Source: an uncultured delta proteobacterium (GTDB lineage: Bacteria > Desulfobacterota > Binatia > Binatales > Binataceae). From it: DNA of 64,000 bases. Made by a program: the position numbers and the translations under genes. The notes under the pieces were generated by a model that saw only the letters and a program-made list of their open reading frames with translations, had not been told where the DNA came from and made no database searches. Position 1 is the first letter of the stretch. Every line of letters starts with the position of its first letter. Positions 24,989-33,151 of the stretch are shown here, piece after piece. Where the stretch lies: assembly GCA_963710455.1 (NCBI GenBank), contig CAVQAG010000005.1:24020-88019 (forward strand), read 5' to 3'.

Positions 24989-26770
24989 ATGCGGGGCGGG
25001 CCATTGCGGGCCGGCGGAAACAGGCTTCGGCGGCCTGAAGACCAGTCAGCGAACAAGACCGCTGAGGGACAAGCTTCGGCGAGCGCGCTCGCGTCACTGA
25101 CGGTGTGCGTCGGTGCCGGTTTCGTCCTGGCGTTCACTCCGGTTCTCCTATGGCATCTTAAAACCGGTGACTGGGTCTGCCTAAGCGATTGGTTCAGCCT
25201 CTACTACCTGCGCTTCGTCGCACAAGCGTACTACCATCATGCTCTCTACATAGCCGACATCGTTATGCCGGGCGGCGCCACCACTTATCCGTGGCTTCAG
25301 TTCGTGCCGGCGACCTACGTTGCGCGAGTCTTGGGCGCGGGCCCATTCGCGGTCAACCTCATCTGGACTTTGCTGAGCGCAGTCGGACTCAGCGCAGGCC
25401 TCTATCTCGTTTTCCGGCATTTCCTCGGACGGCCCTGGGTGGCGGCTGGATGTACGATTCTCTGCATCTCAGACTATGGTTTCGCCGCCGCGCGTCCGCT
25501 CACGACTCAGCTTCAAATGCTCGCCTCAGCTCTTTGGCTCCATCCGCGGGGCTTCGTCACGATTCCGTGGGGGCTTCTGTTGCAGTGGCGCATTCCGGAT
25601 CCCGGCCTGAATCTTCCGTTCCTATTCTTTCAGATTGTCGCCCTTGCGCGAGCGCGCGAGCGGCCGACTCGCCTGAACCTGGGGTTTTCCGGACTGATGT
25701 TTGGACTGCTCTTCTACGTGTTTTTTTATTGCTGGACTATGGTGGCGGCCGGACTGGGTATCGCTTTCATGCTCGATCGCGGAGCGCGCAGAGTCTATGC
25801 CGCAACGTTATGCATAGGCGGTGTCATTGGCCTGCCGCAGTTGCTCTATGGCATTCACCTGAATCACCTGCTCTCGCCTGAAGCGATGAGGCGGTTCGGC
25901 CTGTTCACCCCGGCTCCCAGACTTTATGAGAACACTGTACCCACGCTTTCGCTCATTGCCCTGGCGGCGACTGCCTGGTGGATCCGGAAGTCCGAAAGAT
26001 TCGATCTGCTATACGCATGGAGCCTGGTCGCAGCAGGAATCCTGCTTAGCCGCAGCCGCATAGTCAGTGGAATATGTTTTCACGAGTATCACTATGATTG
26101 GCTATGGGCGCCGATTCGAGGCGCGCTGGTTCTGATCGTCGTGCTGAGTATCGTAAATCTGCGGTATCGATGGCGTCCGGCCATCGCCGCGACCTCCTGG
26201 GCGCTGCTGACGCTCTACTTCGCTAGCGGAGTCTACCTTGCCGCTATCTGCATTACCCGCACATCGTTCGGCGTGGCGCAGGTGGAGAATTACGTGCGAT
26301 ACAAGGCGCAGCGCATGTCCGGAGCGGTCGAGCCGCTCGTGCCCGGCGCGACGATCGCGGGCGACGACGGATTTTGCGAGGTGGCTGCGGTTGCCGAAGA
26401 CCAGTGGGTACTGAGCGGCGAGGCCGTTCCAAGAAGCCTGGTGGTTGACAACGATCAGTGGCAGTCGAGAGCGGCGCTCAACGCATACCTGTTGGGAACG
26501 GGCCGCGCGGAGTTTGAAAAGGCTGCGCAATCTGACGCCGAGCATTGGTTCTGGGAGAGACCCGAGCGCCAGCCCCAGGTGCTTGCTGCGTTCATGCGGA
26601 AATATGACGAAGTCGTCCATAACCCCGATCGATTTATCGTTCAATTCGGCGTCCGCTACGTGGCGCTGCCGGTGGACAAGGCCGAAAGTGTTTATGTACG
26701 CGAAGGTTGGACGATGTTTCAGCAGGGGCCCTATTGGCGGATCTGGGAGAGACGAAAATCCCGCCCCTGA
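24989..26770 (+). CDS. large polytopic membrane protein of unknown function, embedded in the lasso cluster
   Basis: 593 aa. Ten or more hydrophobic segments occupy the first 400 aa or so, followed by a roughly 190-aa soluble C-terminal domain. No family motif was recognised by eye. Confidence 0.7.
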   Translation: MRGGPLRAGGNRLRRPEDQSANKTAEGQASASALASLTVCVGAGFVLAFTPVLLWHLKTGDWVCLSDWFSLYYLRFVAQAYYHHALYIADIVMPGGATTYPWLQFVPATYVARVLGAGPFAVNLIWTLLSAVGLSAGLYLVFRHFLGRPWVAAGCTILCISDYGFAAARPLTTQLQMLASALWLHPRGFVTIPWGLLLQWRIPDPGLNLPFLFFQIVALARARERPTRLNLGFSGLMFGLLFYVFFYCWTMVAAGLGIAFMLDRGARRVYAATLCIGGVIGLPQLLYGIHLNHLLSPEAMRRFGLFTPAPRLYENTVPTLSLIALAATAWWIRKSERFDLLYAWSLVAAGILLSRSRIVSGICFHEYHYDWLWAPIRGALVLIVVLSIVNLRYRWRPAIAATSWALLTLYFASGVYLAAICITRTSFGVAQVENYVRYKAQRMSGAVEPLVPGATIAGDDGFCEVAAVAEDQWVLSGEAVPRSLVVDNDQWQSRAALNAYLLGTGRAEFEKAAQSDAEHWFWERPERQPQVLAAFMRKYDEVVHNPDRFIVQFGVRYVALPVDKAESVYVREGWTMFQQGPYWRIWERRKSRP

Positions 26771-26962
26771 TTCGCCGCGTCGTCCCGCGCTCCGGGATTC
26801 GCAATCTCACCATCGAACCTCCATTAGCCGTTCCACAGACGCGCATCCGTCTTGCGCTTGTTGCCTTCGCGCGGTTGCGCACACCGTTCGCAGACAAGAG
26901 TGCCAATAAAAGACGCGAAAGAGCAGGGCAGGAGCAGTTTAACTTTGAAACGACGCACAGCG

Positions 26963-27241
26963 AGGTATTTCGTGCTGAAACCAATGCATTCCGGCTTCTA
27001 TGCAACAACCCTCGAACTTCTTCTTGAGCATCTCCAGGTGAATACTCTGATTTTGACTGGCATCGCCAGCAATATCTGCGTTCTGTTCACCGCCAATGAC
27101 GCCTATATATGCGAGGTTACAAATTGTTCGTTCCGGCCGATTGTGTCGCCGCAAACAGCGCCAAAGAGACCGAGTATTCATTGTTGCAAATGAAGAACGT
27201 TTTGAAGGCAGATATTCGCGAAAGCGGCGAGATCGATTTCG
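26963..27241 (+). pseudogene. isochorismatase/cysteine-hydrolase family relic (C-terminal half only, frameshifted)
   Basis: RYFVLKPMHSGFYATTLELLLEHLQVNTLILTGIASNICVLFTANDAY lies in one frame. MRGYKLFVPADCVAANSAKETEYSLLQMKNVL lies in another. They are joined at a TATATATG dinucleotide repeat (about 27100-27110). No N-terminal half was recognisable. The local GC content drops. Confidence 0.7.
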
Positions 27242-27519
27242 ATGTTTTCGCGGCTACGGATCGTGACGGTCGCAGTCGTGCCCGCCCCGCTACGATGCGA
27301 CGACTTTATACTTTCAAGCGGAGCGCTCTCGAAACCGGTCGAAAACAGGAAAATCCGGCGACCAAATCGCAGGGCCGGCGCGTCGAGCATCGTATCCCGC
27401 AGGCGTCTGCGCGACCGCTCCAAAGACTCATATTGGATTCACGATCGTGCTGGTGTTAGTGTTGTGCGTCATGCTCGAGTACGCACATGCTAAACAGATG
27501 AGCGCCAGCAAGAACCGGG

Positions 27520-27975
27520 ATGGCGCGCCGGCTCGCTAGATTTTTCCATCTCCCATTTCCGGATCAGCGCCTGCTGATGCGGGCTGCGCTGGCCGTGGTC
27601 GGTGCGAAGCTGGCGGTCAGAACTTTGCCCTTGCCCGCCGCGCGTGCGGCTGTTTCTCGCCTGCAACGCCTGGGATGGATAGTCACGCCCACGCCCGCCG
27701 ATCGAATCGTGTGGGCGGTTGAGGCCGCGGGCCGCGCTATCCCCGGCATGAAGAACTGCCTGGTGCAGGCGGTCGCGGCGGAAGCGATGCTCGCCCGCGC
27801 GGGCCATCCGTGCGAGCTGCGAATCGGAGCTGCCAAGAGTGGGCCCAGCGAATTGATCGCACACGCGTGGCTGGAGAACGAGGGTAGAGTGCTCATCGGC
27901 GAGTTCGAGTTCGAGCGTTATACTCCGCTGATCCCGCCTCACCTCCGGCGCGGCACGCCGCCCTCGCAGCCGTAG
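27520..27975 (+). CDS. lasso peptide biosynthesis B2 protein (transglutaminase-like leader peptidase)
   Basis: GMKNCLVQAVAAEAMLARAGHPCELRIGAAK......IAHAWLENEGRVLIGE carries the conserved Cys and His of the B2 family. Confidence 0.9.
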   Translation: MARRLARFFHLPFPDQRLLMRAALAVVGAKLAVRTLPLPAARAAVSRLQRLGWIVTPTPADRIVWAVEAAGRAIPGMKNCLVQAVAAEAMLARAGHPCELRIGAAKSGPSELIAHAWLENEGRVLIGEFEFERYTPLIPPHLRRGTPPSQP

Positions 27976-28002
27976 ACCGGACCTCCCAATTACGGTCATT
28001 CG

Positions 28003-29919
28003 ATGAGCGGAATCGCCGCAGTTTACCATCTTGATGGGCGGCCCGTGGCGCGGGGGCTGGTCGCCGCGATGCTCGACGCGGTCGCCTACCGCGGACCCGA
28101 CGGTCTCGATTCGTGGATCGATGGCCCGGTCGGCCTTGGCCACGCGATGCTGCGCACCACGCCGGAAGCGATGCGCGACAGCCAGCCGCTGGTCGATGAG
28201 CAAAGTGGTCTCGCGCTTACGATGGATGGCCGGGTCGACAATCGCGATGAACTCGCGGCGCTGTTGGAGCGCCAGGGATTGCGGCTCGCCGTCGGCACGG
28301 ATGCGGAAATCGTGCTACGCGCGTACCAATGCTGGGGCGAGGAGGCGCCGGCGAAAATTCTAGGAGATTTTGCTTTCGCCCTGTGGGACAGGCGCAAGCG
28401 CCAGCTCTTCTGCGCGCGCGACTTTGCGAGCGTGCAGCCCTTGTTCTACTACAGCGATGGCCGCAGCTTCATCTGCGCTTCCGAGTTGCATCAGATACTT
28501 GCCGATCCGGAGGTGCCGCGCGAGCCCGACGAGCACGTGGTCGGTATGTACCTGACCGGGATGCTGCTCGATCCGGTCGCCACGCTCTATCGCGACATCC
28601 GCAGACTCGAGGGCGGCTGTTCGATCACGGTGCGGCCGGGCAAGATCGATCGGCGCCGCTACTTCGACATCGATCCTGCAAAGAGAATCCGCTATCGCAC
28701 CGACGCGGAGTACGCGGAGCATTTCGAGTCGATACTCAAGGAAGCGGTGCGATGCAGGCTGCGCAACGTCGACGGTGTGGCGGCGGAACTGAGCGGCGGT
28801 CTCGACTCTTCGCTGATCGTCGGAAACATACGGCGCCTGTTGCGGGAAGGCGCGGCACCCGCTCCGCGGTTCGAAACCTTTTCGATCAAGTTCGACGATC
28901 CGCAGGCCGACGAGCGGAGCTTCATCGAGGACGTGGCCGCGCAGTGGGGGTTGCAGACCAACTGGAGTCCGCCATTCTTCGCGAAGTTTTCCGATTTTAT
29001 GGCGGACATCAGGCGCTATCGCTCCTTCGCCGCCCGCCCGAACTCGGTCATGGACACCTTGATGCATCGCGCGATACGCGAACGGGGATTCCGCGTGGTC
29101 CTGACCGGCCAGGGCGGTGACCAATGGTTCGGCGGCAGTGCGGATTGCTTCGCCGAATTGCTGCGCGGGTTTCGGTTCGTCGAGCTTTTCAGACTGCTGC
29201 GCGAAGAAGCGGCTCATCCGACGCGAGTGCGGCCCGGGCAGGCACCGCTGGCGTTGCTGCTGCGCCGCGCCCTGTGGCCGTTGGTGCCGCCGCGGCCCAG
29301 GCTTTTTATCAACCGCCTGCGTGGCTTGAGATTGGTTCCGCCATTCGCCAACCCCGAGTTCACGCGCAGGCTGGACCTCGAGCGCGCGCGAAACGCTCCG
29401 ACCCGCCGGCTTCGCGGCCTCAGCTTCACGCAGCGAACCATGTATCAGGTTCTCAACCTGGGAATCTCGATTCATTTTGCCGAATTGAACGAACGTGAAT
29501 GTGCGCTCGCAGGTATCGAGGGAAGACATCCGTTCTACGACCGCCGCGTGATCGAATTCGCTTTCGCGATTCCTGAAGATCAGCGATGCCGCCCGGGCGC
29601 AACCAAATACATTTTTCGACAGCCGGGCCGCGGACTGCTACCGGAATCGGTTCGCCAGCGCCGGGATAAGGCTGAATTCTCAAGCCTGCTTGTTCATGGA
29701 TTGAAGGATGTGCTCGAAGCTCTCGGCGGCGAGGACGCCTTCGGCTCGTTCAACGTTGTGCAACGAGGCTGGGTGGATCCGGAACAATTTCGCCTCGTGT
29801 ATCGCGAGCGAATGCGTAACATCGGGTCGGCCAACCTATGGCCTTTGTGGTCGGTGCTGGAGCTTGAGATGTGGTCGAGAGAATGTATGGGTTTCCCCGC
29901 CAGGGCGAAGTCAGACTAG
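28003..29919 (+). CDS. lasso cyclase (asparagine synthetase B-like, C protein)
   Basis: MSGIAAVY has Ser in place of the glutaminase Cys2. GLGHAMLRTTPE, GRVDNRDEL, AEIVLRAY..WGE, GDFAFALWD and the PP-loop ELSGGLDSS are all present. Confidence 0.95.
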   Translation: MSGIAAVYHLDGRPVARGLVAAMLDAVAYRGPDGLDSWIDGPVGLGHAMLRTTPEAMRDSQPLVDEQSGLALTMDGRVDNRDELAALLERQGLRLAVGTDAEIVLRAYQCWGEEAPAKILGDFAFALWDRRKRQLFCARDFASVQPLFYYSDGRSFICASELHQILADPEVPREPDEHVVGMYLTGMLLDPVATLYRDIRRLEGGCSITVRPGKIDRRRYFDIDPAKRIRYRTDAEYAEHFESILKEAVRCRLRNVDGVAAELSGGLDSSLIVGNIRRLLREGAAPAPRFETFSIKFDDPQADERSFIEDVAAQWGLQTNWSPPFFAKFSDFMADIRRYRSFAARPNSVMDTLMHRAIRERGFRVVLTGQGGDQWFGGSADCFAELLRGFRFVELFRLLREEAAHPTRVRPGQAPLALLLRRALWPLVPPRPRLFINRLRGLRLVPPFANPEFTRRLDLERARNAPTRRLRGLSFTQRTMYQVLNLGISIHFAELNERECALAGIEGRHPFYDRRVIEFAFAIPEDQRCRPGATKYIFRQPGRGLLPESVRQRRDKAEFSSLLVHGLKDVLEALGGEDAFGSFNVVQRGWVDPEQFRLVYRERMRNIGSANLWPLWSVLELEMWSRECMGFPARAKSD

Positions 29920-29965
29920 AATCTTATCTTCTTAGAATCTTATCTTCTTAAGAATCTTATCTTCG
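29917..29965. repeat. three tandem 16-17-bp direct repeats starting at the cyclase stop codon
   Basis: TAGAATCTTATCTTCT (29917-29932), TAGAATCTTATCTTCT (29933-29948) and TAAGAATCTTATCTTCG (29949-29965). They are followed by an AT-rich segment up to the precursor SD. Confidence 0.9.
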
Positions 29966-30132
29966 CGAAACTGTCCGTAAAACCTAGCCTTTTTCGTTTC
30001 ATCCTTGATGCCATTTGCTCGTCTTATTTATTTCTTGTTATATCTTGACTCCTCAGCGAAGTTTAAGCATTCTTAGTTAGGCCAACGTTGTCAAAGCTAT
30101 CAGATGACGATGGTAACTATGGAGGAGCCACG

Positions 30133-30303
30133 ATGAGCAAGAAAAGCGAAGGTGCGGCTGCGGAAGTTCGTACGCCGATACGCAAAAAGCCCTACCGCAC
30201 GCCGCGTCTTACCGAGTTCGGTCACGTTGCGAAACTGACCGCCGGAACCGCAGGCACGCATACTGATAAAGGGCATATGTCTAACGAACACGGACAGGGC
30301 TAA
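30133..30303 (+). CDS. lasso peptide precursor (A), 56 aa
   Basis: A GGAGGAG SD lies 5 nt before ATG 30133. The peptide is MSKKSEGAAAEVRTPIRKKPYRTPRLTEFGHVAKLTA/GTAGTHTDKGHMSNEHGQG. The leader matches YxxPxLx3Gx5TxG, with Thr at -2. The core starts with Gly1 and has Asp8 available for an 8-residue macrolactam. The ORF track lists the longer 30088 start. Confidence 0.85.
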   Translation: MSKKSEGAAAEVRTPIRKKPYRTPRLTEFGHVAKLTAGTAGTHTDKGHMSNEHGQG

Positions 30304-30324
30304 TGAGGCTTTGCGGCGCCTCAT
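30303..30324 (+). promoter_or_regulatory. stem-loop immediately after the precursor stop (possible attenuator or mRNA stabiliser)
   Basis: ATGAGGC-tttgcggc-GCCTCAT forms a 7-bp stem overlapping the TAA stop. No U-tract follows. Confidence 0.45.
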
Positions 30325-30850
30325 CCTGTCTCTGGTCCTGAATAAAAACCTGCGGGAGGAGCTACAATTTGTCGTAATCCGGAGAGGCATTGTCTAGAGG
30401 CATTGGTGGCTGCCGCCTCTCGGAACAGCCGAGGAAATTGTCGGAACCGGACGCTCGGGTTGAAATCGGGCGTCCGAACTCGTTGAGGTTGCGCTTCTTC
30501 GTCGCGCTCGAGACTCTCTAGAACGTCCCAATCATCTCTTTAACCATTTATTCTCGCCTCTAGTTTGCGGAGGAACGGAGAGGGGGAGTGGCCATCTACT
30601 GATTACGGGCATATCCCCTCTGAAAGCCACCACCACCGTCGCCAACCAGCCATGGCAGCGGTCGACGAACAGATCTCCAGAAATCCCCGCCTGTTCCTTG
30701 ATCTTTCCCGAGAGTGTAGAATTGCCGTCTGAATCCAGCTAGCGGGTCTGAACGCCCGTAAGCTGAAAGGGCTGCAGGCGGCGCACAATCAAAGCTTCCC
30801 CACAGGCGCGTTCCCGACAGCCACTGCGGTTCCATTACGTCGCCTATGGG

Positions 30851-31825
30851 TTGGCGATCGACTCGGATGTTCCGCTGCCCGAGCTGGAAACCACACAACG
30901 CAAATCATTGCCACTTTTTTCGGGACGTCTGCGGATACGGATGGAGCGCCCGTTAGGGGCGAGCCTGCGCGAGCCGCACGATTGGCTGCTTCAGACAAGC
31001 CTGCCTGACGGGCGGCCGTGGATGTGGGCGGCGCGCCAGGAGCAGGGATTCTTGCTGCGCTACGTCGGTCTTGCCGACTTCGCAGTGAATCCGCGCGGCA
31101 CCGAAATGGTTTTGTTGCACGCCGCGCCGGAGAGCTCGCGCGATACGCTCGGCCACTTGTTGCTCGATCAGGCGCTCCCGATGGTCTTGGGTTTGCACGG
31201 AATTCCTACGCTGCATGCTTCCACCGTGGTGACTCCGCGTGGTGTGTGCGCGTTCCTCGGGCCGGCCGGAGCAGGCAAATCGACATTGGCCGCGAGCTTT
31301 GCGAGCGTTGGCTACCCGGCGCTGGGTGACGACTGCCTCGCAATAAAAGAAGACCGTGGATTATTTGCCATCCCGGCGTACCCGGGCCTGCGTCTGTGGA
31401 CCGATTCAGCCGAATCGCTGTCGACGGATTGGTCCAATGCTCCTGCCGTTGCGCACTACACACGCAAGCGGCGCATCCTGAATGCGCCGGCGGCGCAAAA
31501 GTTTCCCACACGGCCGGTGCGCCTGGCGGCCATCTACTGCATCGCGCGCGAGGCGAGCGAGGACGGGCCAAGCACGACGCCGGTGATCGAATCGCTGCGG
31601 CCCAACGAAGTCTTCCTGCAACTGCTCTCCGCCAGTTTCATGCTCGATATCACCGATCGCTCGGTGCTCACCCGCAACCTGCGCTTCATCGAACGCCTGT
31701 TAAATGCGGTGCCGGTCCGGCGGCTGAGGGTTCCTGACGGGTTTTCGTCGCTGCCCAAGGTACGCGAAGCGGTCCTTAAGGACCTCGGTGCATCGAACCT
31801 TGCCGTCAGTCTCGGCGAAAGATAG
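30851..31825 (+). CDS. HPr kinase/phosphorylase-like serine kinase (lasso-associated kinase)
   Basis: LHASTVVTPRGVCAFLGPAGAGKSTLAASF...LGDDCLAI (P-loop plus GDD). The family-typical N-terminus HYVAYGLAIDSDVPLPEL extends in-frame upstream of the TTG at 30851, with no canonical start back to the stop at 30764-30766. Confidence 0.8.
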   Translation: MAIDSDVPLPELETTQRKSLPLFSGRLRIRMERPLGASLREPHDWLLQTSLPDGRPWMWAARQEQGFLLRYVGLADFAVNPRGTEMVLLHAAPESSRDTLGHLLLDQALPMVLGLHGIPTLHASTVVTPRGVCAFLGPAGAGKSTLAASFASVGYPALGDDCLAIKEDRGLFAIPAYPGLRLWTDSAESLSTDWSNAPAVAHYTRKRRILNAPAAQKFPTRPVRLAAIYCIAREASEDGPSTTPVIESLRPNEVFLQLLSASFMLDITDRSVLTRNLRFIERLLNAVPVRRLRVPDGFSSLPKVREAVLKDLGASNLAVSLGER

Positions 31826-33151
31826 GTGGGCGGCCGAGCGCGGATCGCTAAAGGCGCCGGCGATGCCTTCGTGAATTCCATCGCATCCGTACTCAAATCC
31901 AGCCCGGCCCCGAGCCGCGAAGCTGAGCTTCTGATCTGTTGTGCTACTTCGGTTGCAACGCCCGAGCGCAGCGCACGCGCGCGCGCGATCGTGGATAAGG
32001 GCGTCGATTGGGAGCGCGTCTCGCATATGGCGTCGGTGCAGGCGGTGATGCCGCTGGTTTATCGCTATCTGACCTCCGAACTCGGCGGCACGCTGCCGGC
32101 CGAAGCGACAAGCGGGCTCCGCCGGGCCTTTTACGGCAATTCGGTGCGTAACCTCCATCTCGCACGCGAACTGGTGCGCCTGACAACGCTACTCGAACAG
32201 GGAGGCGTCGAACCGCTGGCGCTCAAAGGGCCGGCGCTGGCGATGGCCGCCTACGGCGCTGTTACGATGCGCCAGTTTAACGACCTCGATCTCCTGGTGC
32301 GCAAAGGCGAAGTCCGGCGAGCGGCCGATATCCTGCTCGCCGCGGGCTATGCGCCGCGCGCCGGATACCGTGTTGCTGACCTGGACCGGCCGGGCGCGTA
32401 TGAAATCGCGATGACGCGGGCGGGCGCCCTGATGGAAATCGATCTTCACTGGCGGCTCATTCCGCCCTATTTTCCACTCGCGCTGGACAGCGAAGATCTG
32501 TGGCGGCGCGCGGTGCGGATCGAGGTTGAAGGTGCCCCCGTGCACACGCTCGCACCTGCCGACCATCTGCTCTATCTCTGCGCGCACGGAGCTAAGCACG
32601 GATGGCAGGCGCTCGGTGGGATCTGCGATCTCGCCGAACTGATTCGCGCGACGTCGCGCGCTTCGGCCCCAACTTCATCGCAATCCTCCTTGCAAGTTCC
32701 CGGTATAGACTGGGATGAGCTCTCGGCGAGGGCCGAGCAGGCGGCTGCGCATCGTGCGCTCGAACTCGGGGTACTACTCGCACACGAACTGCTCGATGCC
32801 GCAGTGCCGTCCGCCATACTGGCGGCGGCGCGCCGCGAGCGCGCGGTGGTGCGCGCCGCCCGGAGCTTCGTCGCTTACGCCAGCGACCCTATCGACGACG
32901 GCCCGGGGTTTTACCAGCGATGGGTGGTGCCGTTGGGCGTGATCGCTGGACCAGGAGCGCGGCTGCGCTATCTTGCCGCACGGGCATTATTGCCGAGCGC
33001 CGACGATCACGAGTTTCTGCGGCTGCCGCTGGCGCTTTATCCACTGTACTATCTGCTGCGGCCGGTGCGGGTGGCGCTGAAGGAGGGTCCTGCCGTCGTG
33101 CGCAGGCTGATGCGTTCGGCGCCGCATCCGGCGGATCATTCATCGCGGTGA
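31826..33151 (+). CDS. nucleotidyltransferase-family protein (uncharacterised NTP_transf type, lasso-associated)
   Basis: LALKGPALAMAAYG....RQFNDLDLLVRKGEVRRAADILLAAGY...EIDLHWRL. The GTG start directly follows the kinase TAG. Confidence 0.75.
   Translation: MGGRARIAKGAGDAFVNSIASVLKSSPAPSREAELLICCATSVATPERSARARAIVDKGVDWERVSHMASVQAVMPLVYRYLTSELGGTLPAEATSGLRRAFYGNSVRNLHLARELVRLTTLLEQGGVEPLALKGPALAMAAYGAVTMRQFNDLDLLVRKGEVRRAADILLAAGYAPRAGYRVADLDRPGAYEIAMTRAGALMEIDLHWRLIPPYFPLALDSEDLWRRAVRIEVEGAPVHTLAPADHLLYLCAHGAKHGWQALGGICDLAELIRATSRASAPTSSQSSLQVPGIDWDELSARAEQAAAHRALELGVLLAHELLDAAVPSAILAAARRERAVVRAARSFVAYASDPIDDGPGFYQRWVVPLGVIAGPGARLRYLAARALLPSADDHEFLRLPLALYPLYYLLRPVRVALKEGPAVVRRLMRSAPHPADHSSR

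Noticed and set aside
28360-29529. 389-aa minus-strand ORF (and 27490-28203 minus)
   Set aside because: Both are antisense to the lasso cyclase and B2 genes and have no motifs. Shadow ORFs.
29917-29965. CRISPR-like array?
   Set aside because: There are only three contiguous 16-17-bp repeats with no spacers, and no cas genes in the window. It is a simple tandem repeat, and no other array-like structure was seen anywhere.
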